Assembly (NCBI GenBank): GCA_003614675.1
Contig: ML002216.1
Location: forward strand, 1-64,000
From: Dimargaris cristalligena
Taxonomy: Eukaryota
Direction of reading: 5' to 3'
DNA length: 64,000 nucleotides
The notes below the pieces were generated by a model that did not search any database, was not told the origin of the DNA, and saw only the letters and a program-made list of their open reading frames with translations. A program made the position numbers and the translations under genes. This document shows positions 37,944-49,282 of this stretch, piece by piece; the first letter of the stretch is position 1, and every line of letters starts with the position of its first letter.

Positions 37944-39675
37944 GGGTAGTCCCTCAGGGCAAATGAGGGATACCCAGTGGCCCCCTGTTGAGGATGGCTA
38001 AAAGAAATTTCTCCCTGCATTATTGCAGGGGATGATAGGTCTGTCTTTGAATAGACAGCTGCCAAAAAAGGGGAGAAATGGCTGTGGTATGGCCATTGGG
38101 AAAAGAGAAGAGGAGGGGGGGAAATAGGGGATGGGGAAAGAAAATGAAAGCAGATAGGGTGAGAAGCATGGGGATATAATGATGAGTGTGTAAAGATTTT
38201 TCAGCATCTGTTATTAATGATAGAATACTTGGGCCAGCATTTGCTTGCCTATTTATAACCAATCAGTGATTTTATTAATCAGATGAAGTGTAAGTGGTAC
38301 CTTACTATCCCTTCAAAGGAGACTACCTTCATGTGGCCATTTCAAAACAGTAATGGTGTGACAATACTATTGGAATACTAAGGATGTAAAGGAAATAAAA
38401 CTGGAAGTAAGGGAAGAAAGCAGCTAGGGGATAGTAGGTACCTCTAGGTGGTTAGTTTTATTGAACTGTATTTTCGATGGGGTGAAATATAAGTAGCTAA
38501 GATGAATGATCTTATAATAGCAGAATAAACTAACATAATTAAATGAAACAGGATAAGATAAAAAACATATAGGAATATGTTTTTCAATATTCAGTGGCCC
38601 AGAAACTACCCAATCTATATCCGTAAACATCCCCTGAACTGACAAGTTAGGACCTTACATCATGATATTGAAATAGCTTGAAAGGAAAGTCTGGGCAGTT
38701 TCACAAATCTCTGAGCTTAGTACTTAGAAAGTGGAGTTGCTCAACTCTATAAATGCACTATGGCAGCCTGGCTAAATATTATGGATTATTTGGTGAATAT
38801 ATATCCCTTCAAAAATTGCACCTATTAAGTATCTACATCTATGTCCTGGCAAGCCAGCAGGTAATCAGCCTTAGCCCATGTATCCTTTCCCAGTTTCTAT
38901 TATCTAGCTACCAATACTATTTTCTTTAGTATATAGTATTTGTTGCCTGGGTTAACTACTCTTAGTCTATTAAGAGTCCTGAGGATAGGCTTCTAATGGT
39001 AGGTGGGGCTCAGACTCAGCCAAGTGGGCTGCTAGTATCAGGATGGGGGTATAGTACTAATAAATAAAGGATCAGTACCAGTATATGCAAGGGATATGCA
39101 GTAGGCATACTTACTAGTTAATGTGAAGGGATGAGCATATATAGAGTTTATTGAGGTAAACTGGGGGACACAGATAAGCTGCCATTCAACCAGTCCTAGT
39201 GGGGCTAGTTATATGTATGCAGGGGACTACTCTAAAGGGAGGTCCCCAAAGGAAGATATTACTAAGACTATTGATGGATAACTTACTAACTGGATAGTAT
39301 AGGGTATAGAAGACTTTGGCTAGGAACTGGAAGAGTTATTAGATTAGCCCAGGAGTGAATAGTGGATTCCAGAGTCCAGAAGGAAAGGGTTATATAATAT
39401 AGGAGGATCCCATAGTACTGGGGGTGACTATGGGAGGGTAAATATGGTGCTATAAGGCCTAATAGGGGTGGGTAATCATTAAGTCTGGATTTAGGTTGGA
39501 TTAGGAGGGTTGACAGTGACAATAGAATTGATTGTATATAATTTATCATTAACCCATTTTGATGCAGTCTCCAAATTAATCAAATTAAGATATGTCCCTC
39601 ACAACATTGTCACATTGACCTTTGAGTACTATATAGTGGATCTTACTATGTTCTTTTAGACATTCACCAATTCCT
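37944..39675 (-). pseudogene. CpG-depleted decayed sequence, probably a degenerate spliced gene or repeat
   Basis: Only 2 CG dinucleotides counted in ~1730 bp. A minus-strand frame at ~38660-38810 reads FEGIYIHQIIHNI*PGCHSAFIELSNSTF*VLSSEICETAQTFLSSYFNIM followed by a GTAAGG donor-like site. Confidence 0.45.
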
Positions 39676-40472
39676 CGAGCTTTTAAACAACCCCAATAAA
39701 AATATGAAATCATAGGCATTTTATCCTTGTTCTGGGAAGTGGAGAGGGGTGGCAATATTCAGTAGCATTATTATTACCGTATGGTCTGTATAGACAATGG
39801 TATCCAGGCTGACTGACGGATTGTTAAGTCATAATTCTAGGATGCTTGTGTACAAACAGGTAGCATCTCTGCATTGGTATTCATCTATATCTATAGCCGC
39901 CTCAATATCCTACTTTGTTCTCGTACCATGGTGTGTATTCATTGGGACTTGCTTGATATCATCCTTTAATTGGACTTGTCAATGTTGACGAGGTTGCATG
40001 GTATACATTCTTTCAGTGAACTTCAGCGCTGCCCTATCCGATTTTCAATGATATGTGTATGAGAAAGTAGTCGGGGTAGTTAGTTTTAGCCAATAATATC
40101 CACCTCATAAAACGATGATTTCTTTATACATTCATATTGACCATCTTCCGTATCTACTTTTGTCAACATATGGATGAAAGATGTTGTGGCGGCGGTTCTA
40201 TTGACTAATAGCTCCTCATTAGCACCTCCTGAACCGCTGCGGCATTCGACCTACCTGCATACAAATATAAATAACCTAGGGGCTCCCTCCAGCTTAAGCT
40301 AAATTCTAAGTTGTTTTATTAGTGACGGCTACGGATTGTTGCCAATTTTTTTTTTTGATATTCCTCGATAGGGAACGTTTATATTTCCCTCCAAATACCG
40401 AGTCCCATTTTTTGGCGACTAATATTACATACATTACTTGTTTATTGATACATTAGGTAGCTATTGGTAGCA

Positions 40473-41145
40473 ATGCTCCCTTTGGATTCTCCCAGCGGCA
40501 AATTGTCTTTTAAAGTAGGAGGTAAGTGTGCGCATTATATAGTGGTGTATACAGTAAATAACTCATTATTTTAAGACCTGAATGTCTAATTACTGCCACA
40601 TAACTCTACAATGTCGAAATTAACATCCCAGTTAAATTAAGACCCATCTTTGGCAATACATGACCCAAAAATCGATACCAGTGGTTGGTTCGAACTTTAC
40701 AGCACTCATTCATCATCCCCTAAGATATTCGTGCCTATACCCTATATTGCTAGACAAAGTTAATTTTATCGACTGGCTGTTGCCTTACATTGTACACTCA
40801 GGCGTGATTATACGCATCGATGAAGATACTAACCAAATAGTCATCAAAGATAATTTTAAGGGGTCTCTCAAATGGCCATTGGACGGAATATTCATGAGAA
40901 ACGCTGAAATCCAATCTGAAAGTGCCGCGGGCAGTAAACCCATCCCTACTGCTAATAAAATGTTATTATGCTCAGCTGATCGATCAGCCACCTGCTTGCT
41001 CTCATCTGGTTCTCCGAAACACCTTTCCCCAATGGATCATCTAGGTATGTCCGACCTGATCAACGAATCCCAAACCGTTGATTATACCCGATGTGTCCCT
41101 ACAGCTGCAGCTCAATCTCAACGGGAAGACTATCTAGGATCATAA
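40473..41145 (+). CDS. Small Tudor/SH3-barrel-like protein, family member 1; exons 40473-40521 and 40754-41145 (146 aa)
   Basis: MLPLDSPSGKLSFKVG|DKVNFIDWLLPYIVHSGVIIRIDEDTNQIVIK. GTAAGT...TAG phase-1 intron. TATAAATA near 40266. Confidence 0.6.
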
Positions 41146-42434
41146 ATTGGGACCTGGTGATTATCATCACTTTTTGGTTTTCCAACACACTTATGTCGCC
41201 ATTCGCCTAGTTAGCTTGGCGCGCTGATGTGTACCACTTAGAGTATAATGATCGAATCAATAAACGGCGCCAGTCGCCTTGTAAATACTAGACGACGGGT
41301 TACCATTCAGCACGACCAGGATCTTGTTTTTGTTGGGGATATCAGCAAAAAATAATACGGAAGACCCCTATGATGGTATTTATCAGGTATGTTTCGACCA
41401 ATTAAAGCCCTTTGTAAATATAGAGTGCGGGAAAACGATTATCCACCAGGGTTGGGGCGGTTCTTCACCAGTTTTCACAATGTCTTGAGCCCTTAGCCGA
41501 CTGAGGCATCTTAGGTAAATATAAATGACAGAGGCGGATAATGTAGAACAATGTACCTTATCGTCCAAAGTGATAGTAGTAAAGTGACATTTTACCTTTC
41601 CTAATACATTGCCTGAAATAAAAATTCCGGGTAAAGCAGTTTATTAGCCAGCCAGGGTACCCAGTGGGCAATGTAGTACCTTATGAAGTAAGGGGTATAC
41701 AATTTACCTAGGTGAGCGTGGGCGACCAGTTAGAATCATGGGGGCCCTCCTACATATCGCGCCTTGCACCTATACCATTCTTTAATCATCCAGAAGACCC
41801 AGGTAATACTTGGTTGGAGGAGACTCTGATAATAAAATTTGCGAATGTAGTCCTCAATTACTATTCAATCATCTCATCATTCCGTTAGTTATCTTTCTTT
41901 ATAGTAACTCTTGGTTTCGTTAAACCATGTGCGTGTTTCCTGTTGCAATATATCTGTCAACGTAGCGAATACCGTTTGAACCATATACGATAGCCTAGAA
42001 TTGCAGCATGGCGGCATCAATAGCTGTATCGTTGATGCTTTATGATTCTAATCATCCTACAAGTAAATATGCTTTACTAAACTGGAAAGGGAGGGAACTG
42101 GTTCAATTTCTCCATCACACCAGTATGTGTGAATACATTACAAGAACCTTAAACCACGCAGTCACTATTGCGAGGATGGCATCACTCGTTCTCCCACAAG
42201 ACACTTTTCAAGTTTCAAAATATAAAAGGAGCCAGTCTTTCCAGCCAGCTCATCTATTATTATTCCCTAATTATATTAATCTGTCAACTGCTGTGGACAC
42301 CAACTAGATTTATTTCAGTTCTTTCCCGACATCATTCAACGTTTGCTCCTCGCGGCCAATTCGGTTATATAGTCTCCTACAAACTACTTTACCAACGTTA
42401 CTCTCGGCAACTCGATATTCGATCGGCTTTCAGC

Positions 42435-42863
42435 ATGCATACACCGGATCCCCTCAGCACTTGGTGTGATCTGAGTTGTGGAGGTAGGACTCGTAAATGA
42501 GAGTAGTTTTTAAGTGCCTTAAAGATATCGGGTCAGAACCGGTCTTCGTACTTTACGCTTGGTATTTTAATCTGTATTGAGCTAACCGCCTCGCATCAGT
42601 AAACATAAAGCGCCTTGGTCTAACCTATTTCAATTATTATATTCCAAACTATATTTATGGGGTCAAATATTCTCTTACTCCTCGACCATTTGTTTCTTAC
42701 CATGGCAGATGTGATCGATATCATCTTTATAGACAAACCAGGCTCGCGCTATAAAGCCATGTTCATTGAATATATTGACTTCGTCGACGAAGTCGTCCTG
42801 CGCCTTCAAGATGGTTACAGAAGATCATATAGAGCTGACACAATTCAATACTATTTGGATTAA
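42435..42863 (+). CDS. Small Tudor/SH3-barrel-like protein, family member 2; exons 42435-42483 and 42709-42863 (67 aa)
   Basis: MHTPDPLSTWCDLSCG|DVIDIIFIDKPGSRYKAMFIEYIDFVDEVVLRLQDGYRRSYRADTIQYYLD. GTAGGA...CAG phase-1 intron. TATAAAAG at 42221. Confidence 0.6.
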
Positions 42864-43781
42864 CAGTCAAAAGTGAGGCCTTTCTCGCTCTGTACAAGGT
42901 GCCTAATCCAGATCTGCTTGTCAGCCTACTTACTTTACCTGTCTGATTTTAGTCCTCCATAATAAAATACCCTTTATCATCCTGTGGATCACGCGCTGAT
43001 TTATACACGTAAATCAATCACATAATGTCCTAACAAAAATAACACCCACTAATTTAGCCACCCATCATTAGCTAGGTAACTTGTGGGTCAAACAACCGAT
43101 TGCGTCCGTTGTTGGGGCGTCCGTCGCAGCAAGATTGAAGGAATGTGTGCAGTATAGGTTATGTTTTGGCAGTCTGGTATGGGTGGAGTAATATCCAATT
43201 GTCCAATTTTTAGAAATAGCTCTTCCGACTATCTATCAGCCAATTGGGGCGGGGTGTGATATCCGAATCTGATGGGGAGGAGCCCACCATACAAAAATGG
43301 GGTTAGGTCAAATGTTGAGAAGGGATAAGCCCCATCTGTAATTATTCACCAATAACCATTGGTTAGATTTTTTTACTACTGTACGTTAGCCATACAGAGT
43401 CGTAAATGTCCATTGGCTATATTTATTAGTGCACCCATTATACATATCGCATTGGCCGATTTTGATCCCTATCACTTGAATTGTACAAACCTCACATTGA
43501 CAATAGGGATACTTGGTTGAAAGGACCAAGATTTACGCGTGCCCTTTGCATAACAAAATGGTGATAAAAGGACGGGCCAATTCCCCTTTATTGTTTTAAA
43601 AATATCCAAACAACTCGCACACCTCGTCCGTTTAACCATTTCTCATTTGCATTATACCTTAACTACCGTGGTAGGTATCGCCACACCTTCGACTGGATTT
43701 CGCAGACTTGTTTTCGACAAAACTCCTTTCGTTCTTTCTATATCCACCCCACCCAGCCCCACCCCTTCACTCTCCAAAGTA

Positions 43782-44744
43782 ATGGCTGAACCAATTGTTG
43801 GTAAACCCGGCTGGGCGATGGCAGTTCTAATGTTCTGTAGTCTCCCGTTGCCAGTCATGGGCGCTCTATTGCCCAATCAATATGAAAATGACTCGCGCAA
43901 CCTACCCCAGAGCACCAGTAGTCAAAGTGAAAATGAGCTTCAAATTTGGAAAAGAGTCCTAGAAAGGCGTTTCGATGGTTCGGAATTTGTTAGCGCTGCT
44001 CACTCTGACCCTAACGATCCCAATTGGCAGGCTACTTTAGCTTTCCTTCGGAATAGAGGTCTACTACAAATTGGGAGCTTTAATCCTGGACGAGTCCAGG
44101 CCCCATCCGGACCATTAGCTGGCCCCACCACGGCGATTCGACCCGCTGGATTGCAACTAGGGCAAACCGGCACCAACAACCAAAGGCAATCCTTCACCCC
44201 ACCCTCCGAACAGATCCCCCAATATTCAACCCTCTCGGCCTACCCAACCATCAGCGAGATCATTGAGAAGTGCCGTATTATTTCGGGCCAGGCATTCTCT
44301 CGGCAACACCTAAAAGCGATGCCCTCGCAGAAGGTCAAGGACCAAGTAACGCGTTCCTTTAGTGAGCATAGATTAAAACTATTTAAAGATATGCGTTTGG
44401 TCATTGGTGGAAAGGGCAACATACACTTTACAGAATATTTCATTGATAAAATAACCCGGGCCTATAAACGGGTTATAAGGTATTCGTTGACACCCTACTT
44501 CATCTAAGCTTTGGATTGGGATACTAGCTACCAGGCCATTACCCTCAATTATTTGACCAACGAAAATGGCTACCGCTGTGAAGATCTGGTCCAGCTTAAT
44601 AGCGGGAGCTCGCCATACCTAAGTATTCGTACATTTCCGATGGAATATAGTATGGAAAACATGAGACACATCATGGAAACCTATCTGAGGAAATCAAATC
44701 AAAACCAAATGTCCTATTGGGCATCATATCGCAAAAACAATTAA
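43782..44744 (+). pseudogene. Lineage-specific, possibly secreted protein with one in-frame TAA (44505-44507)
   Basis: Hydrophobic leader WAMAVLMFCSLPLPVMGA. ORFs 43647..44507 and 44511..44744 are in the same frame, separated by a single TAA. Confidence 0.5.
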
Positions 44745-46705
44745 CCCCAATCGCCTAATTGAATAAACCAGGTAGAAAAATTTATACATTTCACCATTAT
44801 TATAATTATTATATGCTATTTTGCTGCTCAATTCCCCCAATGAACTTTCAACCACGCCTCCCGACAGAACGGTACTCAGCTGTGGATTGGGTCGTGTTTT
44901 ATTGGTATTTAAGTATTTAGAATAAATATGTGTTTTTCTTTACCTACCTACCATGTACTTTGAGGTTATAACCAAAGAGTAGTGTACACTGATTCGATAT
45001 TAGTTAATTTAATCTGTATATTTTGTTGTATGGTTCAAAAGATGTTTTGTAGGCTGCAACGATTATTTATTAATAAAATGCCTGGAAAAGGCAGGGTATT
45101 TTCTCTTGATTAGCAATATGCCCTGGTCAAGCTGCCTGACAAGGCCTCTAACTTATTAAATTGGAGAAGTAAGTACAGCAAGCCATTACACTCCTTTCCA
45201 ACTTTCTCATACTTTAGTGACCGGGACTTGTACCTAGAACAGCCATATATTATAATTGGTTCTGAGTCAGCAGTTGCTCTTTAGGTTGGGCAACCTTTTC
45301 ACAGTATTAAATGTGATGGTTTACTATGGAATTGGGGCTTAAGTATGGTATTGTTTTACACTTGTAAAATATCTCACCGAAATTCTCGACACGATACTAA
45401 AGAAAAGGTGGCACGTCAAAGTAGGCTTCTGATAGTCCTTTATTGAAGGTGATATGAACTCCGCCCCGACCATTAAGATAAAGACCACAGAACCAAGAAA
45501 AATGTAAGTGAAGGGTATAGGCTATAAACTCACAGAATTTTCCTGGTGGAGTTTTATCCAACCTACTAGCATAGGTCCGAGGCAAGACTATTTACCATTG
45601 TACAATGTTAACCCTTGTTCAATAATTCTGAAGAGAGTAGCTTACTAAACAACCACGTATTTTATTTGCACCTGTAGTCATCCATCCTCACAAAACTATG
45701 TTAAGGTATTCTTCAGAGGTTACCAAATTACATTAGGGGTAAAAAGGCCGAACTCATAGGACTATTCAGACGTGTTCAATAAATATATCAAATTTAGGTA
45801 TGCTAATTCCACAACAGCTGTCAACCTAAATACACAGTACCATTGCTGGAATAGTTTCCGAGTCTGGAACACGGACGGTTTAAGTTATAGCATCTCTTTA
45901 TTGCCTATATTCACGGTCTTTGCCACTGATTTTCCAGTAAATTCGGCTCGCTTTATCACCATTAAATACAATTAAAAAAGAACTGCAGACGAACATGTTT
46001 ATACGTGCTTTACTGCGACAGCTAGTGGTCCAAAATGATATGTGTATCTTTATTCAAGCTATGGAAGTATTAGGTGCAAGGCTGATCCGGAACTCTAAAC
46101 TTGTCAATGGCCGATTTAAAGATTACTTGGTGCAGAAGCTATATATTTTAATACCCTATTCAACTCCTGGTTTAATTGAAGGGCCGATGTTGATTTTACG
46201 TTGATATGGGTCAATAGAACAGCGACTTAATGGGAAAAATCTTGCCGTATTCCAATCGCTTATCATTCAGTCACTGGGGTGGCTTCACCACCACTCAATG
46301 TCGCTGGGGTGATGGGGAATTTTCCATGATTGTTCGAATAACATATTCCATGAAGAACACCAATGGTCATGTTCCAACATGAATGATTCCATTCAAGGTT
46401 GATATGGAATGAAAAGACCCATTCAATCCATTACTACCGTGTCATTTAATGAAACACTCAACTGTTATGGCTGCCGTGAAGTGGTTGGAATTTGTAGGGG
46501 TATATAAAGCAAGTCATCCAGACCATGAGCCCAGACTCCACCAAACTCGTATCTTTTCACCACTAACCGCCCCAGCCTTCTCTAAGCATCCGCCTGTCTT
46601 GCCAATAACAACCGCCGGACACCACTCTCTGCACAAATTTACCATTGATCAATTTAAGTATCGAGCGTATCAAAACCCTAGCTTGTTCCAACAGTTGTCA
46701 ACGAG

Positions 46706-47598
46706 ATGGACAATCTAAGACCGACTGGTAGGTTGCGTTCAATTAATGCCTGTCTATTAGGCATATTAGAATTGTTAGAATATAGCTCGGTCCTGGATTT
46801 TTTCAGTCTCTGGTATGAACATAGTACAGGGTCTATCAAATGTACAGTGTAGTATACTATTCAAAAGTCTTGGAGATGCACCAATTTTAACCAATTTATT
46901 TTATTATCCTCTTATAATTTCTTTGGTCGGTAGATTACTTTTACTATGCCAAATATACGTCCCCTAAAAATATTACTCTGGGACAGGTCTGTCATATTGA
47001 TAGAACTTACAATATCGTAATCTCCCAACTGGGTGATGGACCACAACTCTACCTAAGTGCCAATACCTGCTCTTTCCGGGCCGTAAGGGATATCCCTGTT
47101 GAATTATTTGACGATGGGTTCCCAAGTTTTATGGGTGAATTTCATACCGTACTACCCAAGAACCCATCTCTACCGACTTCAATGAGTTGGGGAGACGCCA
47201 ACGCGCTGCATGAGTATTTGCGGATGCATTTTACCCCCCCGCCACCGGGAAATACATTAGGACCGTCGGTTCCTAGCATGGTTCCCCCGAGCCACAACAT
47301 CTTTTATTGGCCCAGCAGTCCCACCAATCGCAACAATCTGCAGTCAATGGGATCAGTTCTAGAATTAAGCAATAACCTATCATCTCATAATATTACTCCT
47401 ACAGTCTCGATGTTGAATAACATGAACATCCACTCCTCCCCAGCTTTGTTCCCCAAGAACGGACTGTTACCCCCATTTATGATCAACCCGTTTGAAGCGA
47501 GCCAGGGCCCATTCTTACCCCCGGTTAGCAGCGCCGTGATAAGCTTTAACGGTGATGACAATGGGGAAGACCAGCAAGCGCCGAATAATGATAGTTAA
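46706..47598 (+). CDS. Tudor/SH3-barrel-like family member 3 with a P/N/S-rich C-terminal extension; exons 46706-46727 and 46934-47598
   Basis: MDNLRPT|DYFYYAKYTSPKNITLGQVCHIDRTYNIVISQLGDG. GTAGGT...TAG phase-1 intron, in frame with ORF 47131..47598. TATATAAAG at 46501. Confidence 0.55.
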
Positions 47599-49282
47599 TA
47601 TGCCCCGTTTATGAGCAATCGTCCTCGAAAAACCAGGGAATTTTGGCAACAGTTAAATAAAAAGTACCTTAGGGGACTCGTGGTGGATTGATCACCATCC
47701 CCTGTTGCAGCCCCACTCACTAAAATTGCCCTCGATTTCTGAAGCATAACACTAAGGATGTTACCCCAACATCATCGGATGGGCCGAATGAAATATATTC
47801 GGAATAGATTTAGATTTAGATAGTTTTGTCGAAATAAAGCACTAGATACCCATATCACAATTGTGACATTAAATTCCCAAAGGGCTTTAATCTCATCTGG
47901 CCATAAATGGGGGGATATTTTATATAATTACGGCTTATATTTTTTTATTTTTCTCGATGCCCTAGAGTTGAGCAGGTCGACTTATATGTAAATCAGTAGC
48001 CAGCTGGAGTTACCTTGGTCTCTGCGGGTAAGCCTCTCTGAATAAGGGATAGTAAATGGGCTTAAACTTGACAGTCCACGACCTAGTGCGTGGTGGAACA
48101 GACACCCGATTACATTGGGCTGGGCTCATTATATTCAAGACGAACAGGGGGGGGGTTATTATTTAACTATACTACCTTAATAACAGCTAAAGCTGTTCGG
48201 GCGCTATCCGCATTATATATTAGTACAAGGGATACGGAGCTGACTAAAACCCCTTCTTTATAAAACTACTCATCGGAATTGGCATTGCCTAACCGGCCCT
48301 TTAAGGCATTCCACACCACCTTCATTATAGTTGGTGAAGGTCGTGGTTTGGGTTATTAATTATGGTGGAAATAATTCCCAAAAACCTCTAATAGATTGTT
48401 ATTGGACTAAGTTGAAGTCACGCATGACCTACGTTAGCCCCCCTGCAGCACACACAGGCTTCGCTTTTACAAAAATGAAAGCAACTCACTGCCTTCCATC
48501 TTCACTCTTCTTGTTGAAATCCGTTGAACCAGTTTGATTACTTAGGCCAGATTTTACACATACCCAGCGAAACTGTCATCTAATTGTCTTTATTCATTAA
48601 ACCTCAGCCGAACCCCCAGGTCGATCTTCACTACCAGTAAAAGGGGGCGAAAGGATAGCAGTATCCGTATCGGTGGCCATTAATAGTGCACACATTCTCT
48701 GGAATTGGTGTTTTACAAGCAGCACTTCCCCAACGAAACTGTGCGCAATAATAAATGCACGCCCCCCATTTCCACGACACTAGTAGAATACAGGATTATC
48801 TAGATTAGGGTAAATGATTATAGACAAAGGAACTCACCTCTACCTTGGCTATCCCCACCCTCCCTGTCACCGGCCGTTAAATCTTTGTCAAGGCAAACTA
48901 ATTTTTAATTTCAGACAAGGTTAGTGTATAATAGTTGAAAAGGCCAAGTGTGAGTGACCTGATGGTCAGTAGTTGGGAAATATACCATAGGTGCCAATAA
49001 TAAAACTATGAAGGATAAACCGACTGGGAATGACGAGCAGGGTTCACCCAGAGATATGCATAAAAATACACGGACAGGTGTATCCGAGGGTTATAGGCGA
49101 GGGAAATTGTACAGCGGTGGGGCATTATAATAGTTATAGAAACAATATAAGCTAAACGGCCCATCGTATAATAAGAGGGTTAATAAAATATACATGGCCA
49201 CACAGTTCCCATCCAGGCAGATCAAACTATTTACTTCAGCAAGCAATGCTTTAGGGCCACTAAGTAACACCGGAGCATCTGT

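Noticed and set aside
37899-38058. Short palindrome TGACCATGGTCA and two 6-7 bp hairpins
   Set aside because: Short enough to arise by chance; no recognisable RNA family.
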